Below, one piece after another: positions 54,589 through 64,000 of a stretch of DNA of 64,000 nt. The notes below the pieces were generated by a model. It did no database searches, was not told the origin of the DNA, and saw nothing but the letters and a program-made list of their open reading frames with translations. The translations under genes were made by a program, and so were the position numbers. Origin of the DNA: an uncultured delta proteobacterium (GTDB taxonomy: Bacteria > Myxococcota_A > Polyangia > Polyangiales > JAFGIB01); contig CAVZVA010000010.1 of NCBI GenBank assembly GCA_963778655.1, forward strand, positions 1,576,924 through 1,640,923. Direction: 5' to 3'. How positions within the stretch are numbered: the stretch's first letter is position 1; each line of letters opens with the position of its first letter.

Positions 54589-55254
54589 TCAGCCGCTCCC
54601 GGGCATGCAGGCGCACACGCTGGGCGAGCTGTTCCAGATCATGCCTTGCGCGCAGCTTGCGGCCTTGTCGCACTGGCAGATGCCCGAACAGTCGGCGCCG
54701 CCCATCTTGGGGTCGCAACTGTCGCTCGGATCGTCGACGCAGCTGCCCATCCCAGCGCATTGCAGGTTCGCGAACCCGCCGCAGCTCGGCGGGGCCGGCG
54801 TGTCATCGACGCACTGCGGCTGCGGGGGACAGGGGTCCTTCAGGCAGAACACCTGGACCAGCTCGCAGTGCTTGCCACGCACACACGCCAGATTGCACAC
54901 GCCGGCCGGGGTCGTGCCCGCGTCGCCCGAGCCGCCTCCGCCGTCGCTGGCCATTGTGGTTCCGGCGTCGTGGGTTGCGCCGCTGCCGCCGGCGCCGCCA
55001 CTGCCGCTGCCGGCCCCGCCGCTGCCCGCGCTGCCGGCGTCGCCCGCTGCGCCGGCAGCGGCCACGCTGCCCCCTGCGTCCGCGCCGCCGTTGCTGCTCG
55101 CGCCGCCTGCGCCCGCGCTGCCCGCGTCCGCGCTGTCTTTGTGACTCGGCCCGCCGTCACCGCCGCTGCCGGCCGTCGCCGTGTTCTTGCTCGCGCAGCC
55201 GAGCGCGCCCACCAACAGCGCCGCCGCGCCCACCGCCCATGAAGATGCTCGCAT
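54589..55254 (-). CDS. hypothetical Cys-rich lipoprotein
   Basis: ATG 55254 gives 'MRASSWAVGAAALLVGALGC' (lipobox), followed by a long Gly/Ala/Ser linker. The C-terminal ~90 aa has about 16 Cys ('CNLACVRGKHCELVQVFCLKDPCPPQPQCVDD...CSGICQCDKAASC'). Confidence 0.55.
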   Translation of the reverse strand: MRASSWAVGAAALLVGALGCASKNTATAGSGGDGGPSHKDSADAGSAGAGGASSNGGADAGGSVAAAGAAGDAGSAGSGGAGSGSGGAGGSGATHDAGTTMASDGGGGSGDAGTTPAGVCNLACVRGKHCELVQVFCLKDPCPPQPQCVDDTPAPPSCGGFANLQCAGMGSCVDDPSDSCDPKMGGADCSGICQCDKAASCAQGMIWNSSPSVCACMPGSG

Positions 55255-55538
55255 CGTCCCTGCTCCCCTGGTTGGACAGCATAGCCTGGTGAGGGCGGCC
55301 GGGCCGCTGCGCTGGCGGCGACCGCGCCGGTGCACTGTCGCGGTGCGACGACATGTTGGCGCGGTCGAGCAGTGCGCGGGCTCGCGATTCGCCTAGCTTC
55401 AGACCTGGGTTGCGGAGGTGTCTTTGGCTGGTCGCCGTCTCGAGAGCATCTCGAGAGCTGCGCTGCGCGTAGCTGCGCTGCGCGTCGCGCGGGCGCAGCG
55501 CCGAGGCCTCGTGCCGATTGTCGCGGATGTCTTGGAAC

Positions 55539-56738
55539 ATGTTGAGATCATTGGAGATCGTGGCGACTTCCGGAGCGGCGTTCGTGCTCGCTCTGGGCTG
55601 TAGCAAGGCGCCTGCGAAGCAGGGCGCTGCGCCCTCTGGCAGTGGCGGCACAGGCGGGCTTGCGAGCGGCGGGAGCTCGGGTGGATCCGGCGGCGGGGGC
55701 GGGCAAGGGCCTGGCACCGGCGGCGTCGGGATGGGGACTGGGGGCGCCGGGGCGGTCGTGCCCGTCGGGGGCGGCGGCAGCTCCGGCGGCAGCGCCGTCG
55801 GGGGCGGCGGCGCAATCGCCGGCGCGGCCGGGTCGGGCAGCGGCGGCGAGGGTGCAGGCGCCGGGGGCGGGGGCGAAGGCGGCAGCGGCGCCGCTGCCTG
55901 CAGCGGCAAGCCGGGCATGCTGCGCGGTAAGACCGATCAGATGGTGATGGCCGGGGGCGCGGCGCGCACCTTCGTGTTGTACGAGCCGAGCACGCTCGAT
56001 CCGAACAAGCCGGCGCCGCTGGTGGTGGTGCCGCACGGCTTCACGATGACCGGCCAGGACATGTTCGATATCACGGGCTACGACAAGATCGCCGACCGCG
56101 AAGGCATCGTCACCGCCTATCCCGATGGCGAGGGCGCGACGCCGTGGAACGTGGGCGACGGCATCTGCGGGCTTGGCGCATTCGTCGCCGCGACCGGCGA
56201 CGATCAGGCCTTCATGAACGAGCTGATCAAGCTTATCGAAGCCGATCAGTGCCTCGATCATGACCACATCTTCATGTCCGGGTTCTCGATGGGCGGGTAC
56301 TTCTCCAACGAGACCGGCTGCGTGAACCCGAGCTTTCGCGCAGTGGGCCCGCACTCGGGCGGCACCCACGACCTCAGCGCGTGTGCCAACAAACACGAGC
56401 CGGTGATCATCTTCCACTTCAAGAGCGACTCGCTGATCGACTACATGTGCGGCACGGACGCGCGCGACAAGTGGGTCGCGCACAACGGATGCGATCCGAG
56501 CGCGCCCGACGTGACCATGGTCAGGGGCGGCAGCTGCGAGTACTACAAGGGCTGCCCCGCGGACGGTCAGGTGGCGCTGTGCTCCTTCGACGAGCCGGCC
56601 GGCGGCGGCGGGGAAACGATCACGGGCCACGCCTGGTCCGGCGGCGCGCAGAGCGGCTCCGGCGCAGGCTTCGCCATCCCGCAGACCGAGAGCGCCACCG
56701 AGCTCGGCTGGGCGTTCTTCAAGAAGTACGCCTGGTGA
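55539..56738 (+). CDS. lipoprotein esterase of the PHB-depolymerase / feruloyl-esterase (LpqC-like) family
   Basis: Lipobox 'AAFVLALGC' and a Gly-rich linker. 'RTFVLYEPSTLDPNKPAPLVVVPHGFTMTG', 'AYPDGEG..PWNVGDG', nucleophile elbow 'IFMSGFSMGGYFS', 'GHAWSGG'. The start could instead be ATG 55527. Confidence 0.7.
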   Translation: MLRSLEIVATSGAAFVLALGCSKAPAKQGAAPSGSGGTGGLASGGSSGGSGGGGGQGPGTGGVGMGTGGAGAVVPVGGGGSSGGSAVGGGGAIAGAAGSGSGGEGAGAGGGGEGGSGAAACSGKPGMLRGKTDQMVMAGGAARTFVLYEPSTLDPNKPAPLVVVPHGFTMTGQDMFDITGYDKIADREGIVTAYPDGEGATPWNVGDGICGLGAFVAATGDDQAFMNELIKLIEADQCLDHDHIFMSGFSMGGYFSNETGCVNPSFRAVGPHSGGTHDLSACANKHEPVIIFHFKSDSLIDYMCGTDARDKWVAHNGCDPSAPDVTMVRGGSCEYYKGCPADGQVALCSFDEPAGGGGETITGHAWSGGAQSGSGAGFAIPQTESATELGWAFFKKYAW

Positions 56739-56820
56739 GGCGAGACGCGGTTCGCAACCAGTACCTACGGCGCGATCGCGCGTGCGCCGGGCCAGCGGGC
56801 GCGTGCTAAAGTCCCCCGCC

Positions 56821-57831
56821 GTGGGTGCATCCGAGGCCGCTTCCCAGCCGTGCTACGCCGTGCGCTTGGTGCAGCCTTTCTTGCGCGTGCTGCGTGCCGC
56901 GCCGGGCTTTCCGATCGAGGTGCTGGCGCCGCTCGAGGCGCTCGATCCCGACGAGCGGCTGCCGATCGCCACCATGCACGAGCTGCTGCAGGGGGCGCTG
57001 GCGCTGACCGGGGATCCCGATCTGGGGCTGAAGGCGGCGCGCGAGATCTCGCCCGGCGACTACGGCGCGCTCGAGTACGCGGCCTCGTCGGCGGCCACTT
57101 GGGGCGAGGCGATCAACGTGAGCGCACGCTATCTGCGCCTGGTCAACGACGCGCTGGACTTCTCGCTGCGGGTCGAGGGTGGCAAGGCGTTCATCCAGCT
57201 CGACAGCCGCGTGGTGCTGCCCAGGGCTGCGGCCGACTTCCAGTCGGGGGCATTCCACGTCAGCTCGCTGCGGCTGCGGCCGCCCGGCTTCGACCCGGCC
57301 TACGAGGTGTGGTTCACCCATCCGCTCCCGCCCAGCACCGAGCAGTACCAGCTCACTTTCGTCGGCGGCAAGCTGCGCTTCGACGCGCCGTTCAACGGCT
57401 TTGCTTTCGACAAGGAGCACCTCGAGATCCCGCTCGGCACCGCCGACCCCAAGTTGCACGCGCTGATCCGCAAGCATGCCGAGCGCCTGCTCGCGGAGTT
57501 GCCCAGGGCCGAGAGTGTGACCGAGAAGGTGCGCGACCTGATCGCCAAGGAGCTCGAGGGCGGCAATCCGAACGTGGCCAACATCGCGCGCCAGCTCCAC
57601 ATCAGCCCGCGCACGCTGGGCCGCAAGCTCGAGCACGAGGGCACCAACTTCAAGGAGCTGCTCGACGACCTGCGGCGCAGATTGGCCCTGAGCTACGTGG
57701 GCGGGCACGATCTGGGGCTGGCCGAGATCGCGTTCCTGCTCGGTTTCTCCCAATCGGCTGCGTTCCACCGCGCCTTCAAGCGCTGGACCTCGGTGACGCC
57801 GCTGGAATACCGTCGCGCCCGCCGCGGGTAG
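56821..57831 (+). CDS. AraC family transcriptional regulator (paralog of 9880..10863)
   Basis: Collinear with the first AraC over its full length ('[23 protein letters not shown]...[13 protein letters not shown]...[13 protein letters not shown]...'). Both end in '...[29 protein letters not shown]'. Start is GTG 56821 or GTG 56782. Confidence 0.8.
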   Translation: MGASEAASQPCYAVRLVQPFLRVLRAAPGFPIEVLAPLEALDPDERLPIATMHELLQGALALTGDPDLGLKAAREISPGDYGALEYAASSAATWGEAINVSARYLRLVNDALDFSLRVEGGKAFIQLDSRVVLPRAAADFQSGAFHVSSLRLRPPGFDPAYEVWFTHPLPPSTEQYQLTFVGGKLRFDAPFNGFAFDKEHLEIPLGTADPKLHALIRKHAERLLAELPRAESVTEKVRDLIAKELEGGNPNVANIARQLHISPRTLGRKLEHEGTNFKELLDDLRRRLALSYVGGHDLGLAEIAFLLGFSQSAAFHRAFKRWTSVTPLEYRRARRG

Positions 57832-58027
57832 CTTCCGCTCAGAAGCGTCCAGGAGCGGCTTACCTCCTCGGTCCGGTCCTGCGGGGGCGCTCGCTCCTGA
57901 AGGCTTCTGCGCGGAAGCTCGCTGCTCGCCAGAAGCGTCCAAGGGCGGTCTGCTCGCCATGGGTGCGGTGCGGCTCTCGATGTATACTGCGCGGCGCGCG
58001 CACGGTCGCGCCGAAAGGGAGGACGAG

Positions 58028-60086
<2,059 letters not shown>

Positions 60087-60090
60087 GCGG

Positions 60091-60408
60091 GTGGCGGGCT
60101 GGCTGTCGCGGTTGCGCGGCGCGCGCACGCCGCGGGTGCGAGTGCGGGTGGTGATCAAGGGACGCATCGGCGAAGGGTGGCAGGACGTGGACCGGGTGCT
60201 CACGCTGCAGCCGGGGACTACGCTCGCGACGCTGTTCGAGCACGCGGCGCGCGAGGGCATTCCGCTGCGCGACGCGGTCGACCACAGCCCACACCTGCGC
60301 CACACCCTGATGTGGAACGGCGAGCGCTGCCCGGTCGACGAGCACCTGCAGCGCGCCCTGCAGGACGGCGACGAGCTGTACTTGCTGGCACCGCTCGCCG
60401 GTGGCTGA
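60091..60408 (+). CDS. MoaD/ThiS-like ubiquitin-fold sulfur-carrier protein (C-terminal Gly-Gly)
   Basis: 105 aa ending '...[14 protein letters not shown]'. It starts 4 nt after the AOR stop. An AOR-plus-MoaD-like pairing is a known arrangement. Confidence 0.6.
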   Translation: MAGWLSRLRGARTPRVRVRVVIKGRIGEGWQDVDRVLTLQPGTTLATLFEHAAREGIPLRDAVDHSPHLRHTLMWNGERCPVDEHLQRALQDGDELYLLAPLAGG

Positions 60409-60464
60409 GGCGTCGCGGAGGCACCCGCGCGAGGCTACGGCGCGCGGCACGGCGGCAAATCGCC

Positions 60465-63400
60465 CTACTTCAGCTTCACCAGCAGCTCCTTGGCCTCGGT
60501 CGCGTCGACCATGCGGCAGAAGCTGGTGAACGCGCCGTAGTCCTTGACGGCGACGCGCAGCACCGGTAGCTCCAGCGTGCGCTCGATCACCAGCGCGTCC
60601 TTTTCGAAGCGGCTGCTCTGGGTGAAGCGCGGCCGGCCGGGAATCGCGGCCTGCAGCGTCACTGCCTCGGGCGCGGTGGGGCGCGTCGCGGACTTCGGCA
60701 GGTGGATGCGCAGCACCACCTGCAGCTCGAGCGGATTGGGCACCAGCTCATCGGTGGTGCGTTGCGCGAGCTGAGCGTAGCTCTGCGACAGGTGGGTAGC
60801 GAGCATCGCTGGCAGCGCCCAGCTCTCGCCCAGCTTGCGCCCGAGCGCGCCCAGCGCGAAGCCGTACTCGAGCTTGACCGCCTCGGCCTCCTGCTCGCGG
60901 CCGCTGATGCGCAGCGAGGTCAGGTGCGCGCCGGGCAAGAGGCGCGCGACGTACTCCTCGCCGAAGCGCCGGTTGAGCTCGGCGGCCGGCACGCTCTCCA
61001 GCTGGCTGCGCCAGGAGACCGCGCCCACCCCGCGCAGTGTCTCGACCGCGCTGACCTTCGCGCTGCCGTCCTGCGCCACCGAGATGTCGAGCTCGACCCG
61101 GCGCAGATCCTCGCCCGGCGCGCCGGCGGGCACGTTGACCCGTTCCGCGCTCGGGGTGAGCAGCAGCGCGGGCTGGCCTCGCAGCAGCGGCGGAACGTAG
61201 CCGAAGGGCGCGTAGCGCTCGACCGTATAGAGCCATACCGGGGCATGCGGCCCCGCGAAGGTTACCAGCAGGTGCTCGTAGGTGTCCCCGTCGGCCATCT
61301 CCGAGGGCGTGGTGTCGGAGCTTGCGCTGCGCACCAACGCGAGCTTGGCCGGCACGCCCGCGAGCTTGAGCATGTACGCGAGCACGCGCGCGCGGTTGCC
61401 GCTGCGCGCGCGCAGCATCACCGCCGCCTGCGAGAACATGTCCTGGTTGTTCTCCACGTGCGCCAGCACCCAGGCGTACAGGCGCTGCGCCCGGCGCAGA
61501 TAGTCGCCCGGATCGGCGTCGCCCACGATCTGCTGCACCAGCGCGACGATCTCCGCGTCGTAGACGTCGCGGTCGGCCAGGGCGTCGCGAATGCTCTCCA
61601 CGAACATCGGCCAGCTCGCGCGCGCTGCGAGCCGCACCGAGGGCAGGTACTCGCGCACCGAGACCGCCCCCGGCTCGGGCTTGAGCGGCAGGCTCTGGTC
61701 GACGTGGAAGTCGAGCACGCGCAGGTCGCCTTCGATCCGCTCCTCTGCGCGCGGGGCCGGGCCGCGCGGGTCGACCTGCAGCTGCATGTCCTTGGGCGCG
61801 ACCACAATCATCTGGCTGTGGTCGAAGGGAATCTCGAAGCTCTTGAAGTAGAAGCGGTCGCCGGCGTAGCCGCCGGGAAAGGCGTCGGAGGGGTCCTTGT
61901 AGTCGATGTACTCGAATTCGACGTAGTCGCCCGGCGTCACGGTGGGCAGCGAGATCTCGTCCTTGCCCTCGATTTCGTCGGGCTCGAGACGCCGGCCGTC
62001 GGGCTTGATCGTCTGCAGCTTGAGCACGCGCGCGCCTTCGGGCACGCGCACCTCTGCCAGATCGTTGACCGCCTCGTCGCTCTGCGCCTTTTGGATGCTG
62101 TGCACCAGCTCCGCCGAGGAGCCGTCCTCGAACACCCGCACCGCCATGTAGTCGAACACCAGCACCTGCGGCGCGTCATACTTGCGGCCCGAGGCCTCGA
62201 AGCGCTTGATCACCTCGGCGCCGTCGACGCGGTAGCCGTCCAGCACGTGCTTGCCGCCGAACACCGGCGCCAACCGGTTGAGCTCGGTCATCGAGGCGCG
62301 CTGGCTCTTGAGCGCGCTCTGCAGGGCCGCCAGCGCGCCCGCGTCATCACCGCGCGAGCCGAGCAGATCGACCTGCTCGAGCGCGCCGCGCGACGAGCGC
62401 GGATAGAGCTTGCGCAGCTGCTCGATCTGCTGCTCGACCGCGTGCTGGTCGCCGCGGTTCTTGGCCAGCTCCAGGCGCGCGAGGATCCACGGATAACGGT
62501 TCTGCGGCGGCTCCAGCGCGGCCAGCCGTTCGAGCTCGGTCTGGGCTGCGTCCCAGCGCCGCTCGCGCAGCAGCAGCCCGTAGCGCGCATTGGCCCGCGC
62601 CTCGCAACGCTCCAGTGCCTCGGCGACCTTGGCCGCCTGCTCCTCGCGCCGGCGGTTGCGCAACGCGTCGAGCTCCGCGGAGAGCGGCCCGCACGCGTCG
62701 GGCACGAGCTTGCGCAGCTTGGCGATGACCGCGTCCGCCTCCGCGTCCCAGCGCTCGCCGCGCAGCAGCTGCGCGAGGGCCAGGCCGATCGCCGGCACTT
62801 CCGGAAAGCGGCTCATCTGCTCACGCAGCGATTCGATCGCCTCCTTGGTGCGGCCGTTGCCCGCCATCATGTTGGCGAGCTGCGCGCCGGGGTGCCACAG
62901 GAAGGCGTCGCGCTTCTGCGCCGCGGCCAGCACCCTGCGCGCATCGTCCTCGCGATTGTCGCTGGGCAGCAGGGAGTCGCTCAGCAGCATGCTGGCGCGC
63001 AGCAGCAGCAGCAGCGGCGCTGCGTGGCTGGTGGCGTCGACCCCGTCGAGGATCTGGCGTTCGGCCAGCAGATCGCCGCGAACCGCGGCCACCGCGGCCC
63101 GCGCGTATACCGCGAAGCCCTCCTGCGACTGCGGCCCGAACGGCAGCGCGAACGCGTGCGCGTCGTCGGGGCGGGCGGGCGCGAGCGCGAGCGCGAGCGC
63201 CGGGTTGGGGTGGCGCGTGGTGAGCTTGATCGTGATCTCGTGGCGGCCCGCACCCAGCTTGAGCGGCAGGAAGATCACATCGGGCGCCATCTCCTGGCGT
63301 CGATCGACCCGCAGCACGGAACGACCGTCGATGAACAGCTCGGTCGCGTTCGGCGATTCGAAGCGCAGCGAATAGGCGCCGGCCCGCGCCAGCTCGACAT

Positions 63401-63626
63401 AGGCCTGCGCGTAGCTGGTGCCGCCGGCCGCCAGCGGCCCGCCGCCGAGGTTGACCGAGCAGCCGCGCGCGCCGAGCTCGCGCGTAGGCTGAACGCCGCG
63501 CCCCGGGCCCAGGTCGTAGCTGTCCGCGAGCGGCCGGCCCGGACCGGCGGCCTGCTCGACGTCGAAGCTGAGCAGCTCGCGCGGTCCGAACGGTCCGATG
63601 CCGCGCAGGTGCGTCACGCAGCCCAC
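60465..63626 (-). CDS. large TPR / DUF3857 / transglutaminase-like (catalytic Cys apparently absent) protein, main body
   Basis: 1053-aa ORF. The central helical-repeat region is followed by a DUF3857-type segment ('VRVPEGARVLKLQTIKPDGRRLEPDEIEGKDEISLPTVTPGDYVEFEYIDYKD...FYFKSFEIPFDHSQMIV'). A transglutaminase-like segment follows ('YLRRAQRLYAWVLAHVENN...RARSGNRARVLAYMLKLAGVPAKLALV'). The true N-terminus continues in another frame upstream (see the next feature). Confidence 0.7.
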   Translation of the reverse strand: MGCVTHLRGIGPFGPRELLSFDVEQAAGPGRPLADSYDLGPGRGVQPTRELGARGCSVNLGGGPLAAGGTSYAQAYVELARAGAYSLRFESPNATELFIDGRSVLRVDRRQEMAPDVIFLPLKLGAGRHEITIKLTTRHPNPALALALAPARPDDAHAFALPFGPQSQEGFAVYARAAVAAVRGDLLAERQILDGVDATSHAAPLLLLLRASMLLSDSLLPSDNREDDARRVLAAAQKRDAFLWHPGAQLANMMAGNGRTKEAIESLREQMSRFPEVPAIGLALAQLLRGERWDAEADAVIAKLRKLVPDACGPLSAELDALRNRRREEQAAKVAEALERCEARANARYGLLLRERRWDAAQTELERLAALEPPQNRYPWILARLELAKNRGDQHAVEQQIEQLRKLYPRSSRGALEQVDLLGSRGDDAGALAALQSALKSQRASMTELNRLAPVFGGKHVLDGYRVDGAEVIKRFEASGRKYDAPQVLVFDYMAVRVFEDGSSAELVHSIQKAQSDEAVNDLAEVRVPEGARVLKLQTIKPDGRRLEPDEIEGKDEISLPTVTPGDYVEFEYIDYKDPSDAFPGGYAGDRFYFKSFEIPFDHSQMIVVAPKDMQLQVDPRGPAPRAEERIEGDLRVLDFHVDQSLPLKPEPGAVSVREYLPSVRLAARASWPMFVESIRDALADRDVYDAEIVALVQQIVGDADPGDYLRRAQRLYAWVLAHVENNQDMFSQAAVMLRARSGNRARVLAYMLKLAGVPAKLALVRSASSDTTPSEMADGDTYEHLLVTFAGPHAPVWLYTVERYAPFGYVPPLLRGQPALLLTPSAERVNVPAGAPGEDLRRVELDISVAQDGSAKVSAVETLRGVGAVSWRSQLESVPAAELNRRFGEEYVARLLPGAHLTSLRISGREQEAEAVKLEYGFALGALGRKLGESWALPAMLATHLSQSYAQLAQRTTDELVPNPLELQVVLRIHLPKSATRPTAPEAVTLQAAIPGRPRFTQSSRFEKDALVIERTLELPVLRVAVKDYGAFTSFCRMVDATEAKELLVKLK

Positions 63627-63649
63627 GCCTTCGGCCAGGCGCTGCGCCG

Positions 63650-64000
63650 CTGCTGCGATCGCCGCGGTGGTAGGCCAGCTCGCTGAGCAGGGAGGCCACC
63701 GCGTAGCGCGGCGGCAGCGCGAGCTTCGGGTCGGCCAGCACGCGCTGCAGCGCCGGCTCGACCTTGGCCACGTAGCCAGGCACGCTGCCCTCGAGCCCGC
63801 CGATCGCGTGCGCAGCCAGCTCCGCCAGCTGCGGAGCGATCTCGTCGCGGGAGTGTTGGCTGAGCGCGAGCGCGTGTAGATACGCGTCGAGCGCGGAGGC
63901 CGGGTGGCCGTGCGCGTCGTTGTACAAGCCCGTGGCCAGCCACAGCCGCGCGCTGCTCGGGTCGCTCTTGAGCGCGCGTCCCAGCTGCTCGCCGGCGTTG
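63650..64000 (-). CDS. N-terminal TPR-like segment, probably of the same gene as 60465..63626 but in a different frame; 5' end outside the window
   Basis: The frame of track ORF 62821..63927 is open to the window edge: '...NAGEQLGRALKSDPSSARLWLATGLYNDAHGHPASALDAYLHALALSQHSRDEIAPQLAELAAHAIGGLEGSVPGYVAKVEPALQRVLADPKLALPPRYAVASLLSELAYHRGD'. It then loses sense. The frame of the main body makes sense from '...AIAAAAQRLAEGVGCVTHLRGIGPFGP'. Confidence 0.55.

Overview
This is a 64-kb, very GC-rich bacterial chromosomal segment. Hand counts on single 60-nt coding lines give about 68-75% GC. It is gene-dense. The gene content suggests a myxobacterium (Polyangia/Sorangiineae-like): many lipoproteins with Gly/Asp/Ala-rich linkers, a eukaryote-type Ser/Thr kinase with a TPR tail, an ECF sigma factor, Tat-signal DUF1552 plus CxxCH multi-DUF gene pairs, and a TMTC-like TPR membrane protein. 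That placement is inference, not a database result. I call about 50 protein-coding genes or pseudogenes. I found no rRNA, tRNA, CRISPR array, transposase or integrase. The main blocks, left to right, are: (1) kup; (2) a beta-oxidation-type operon (two translationally coupled acyl-CoA dehydrogenases plus a crotonase) with a divergent AraC regulator; (3) a PHM/DBH-like copper monooxygenase lipoprotein; (4) SulP, APC and binding-protein-less ZnuCB-type transporters; (5) a Ser/Thr kinase; (6) a ~10-kb copper/silver resistance block (CsoR-operator-like palindrome, csoR, copA, SHOCT, a decayed spacer, cusCBA); (7) an ECF-sigma-centred cluster made almost entirely of uncharacterised envelope proteins; (8) a TetR plus ferritin-like di-iron pair; (9) an aldehyde:ferredoxin oxidoreductase gene broken into many reading frames, followed by an intact MoaD-like gene; (10) a large TPR/DUF3857/transglutaminase-like protein running off the right edge. 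The items most worth a second look are the ECF-centred envelope cluster (40.1-51.8 kb), the two paralogous DUF1552/CxxCH pairs in opposite gene order, the Met-rich triple repeat at the CusB C-terminus, the hexanucleotide (GCCCGY)n coding microsatellites in two genes, and the frameshift pattern (one gene with at least 12 shifts, three isolated single shifts). All functional calls come from recognising motifs by eye, with no BLAST or HMM run. Several start codons are approximate. The long antisense ORFs in the track are treated as GC-content artefacts.
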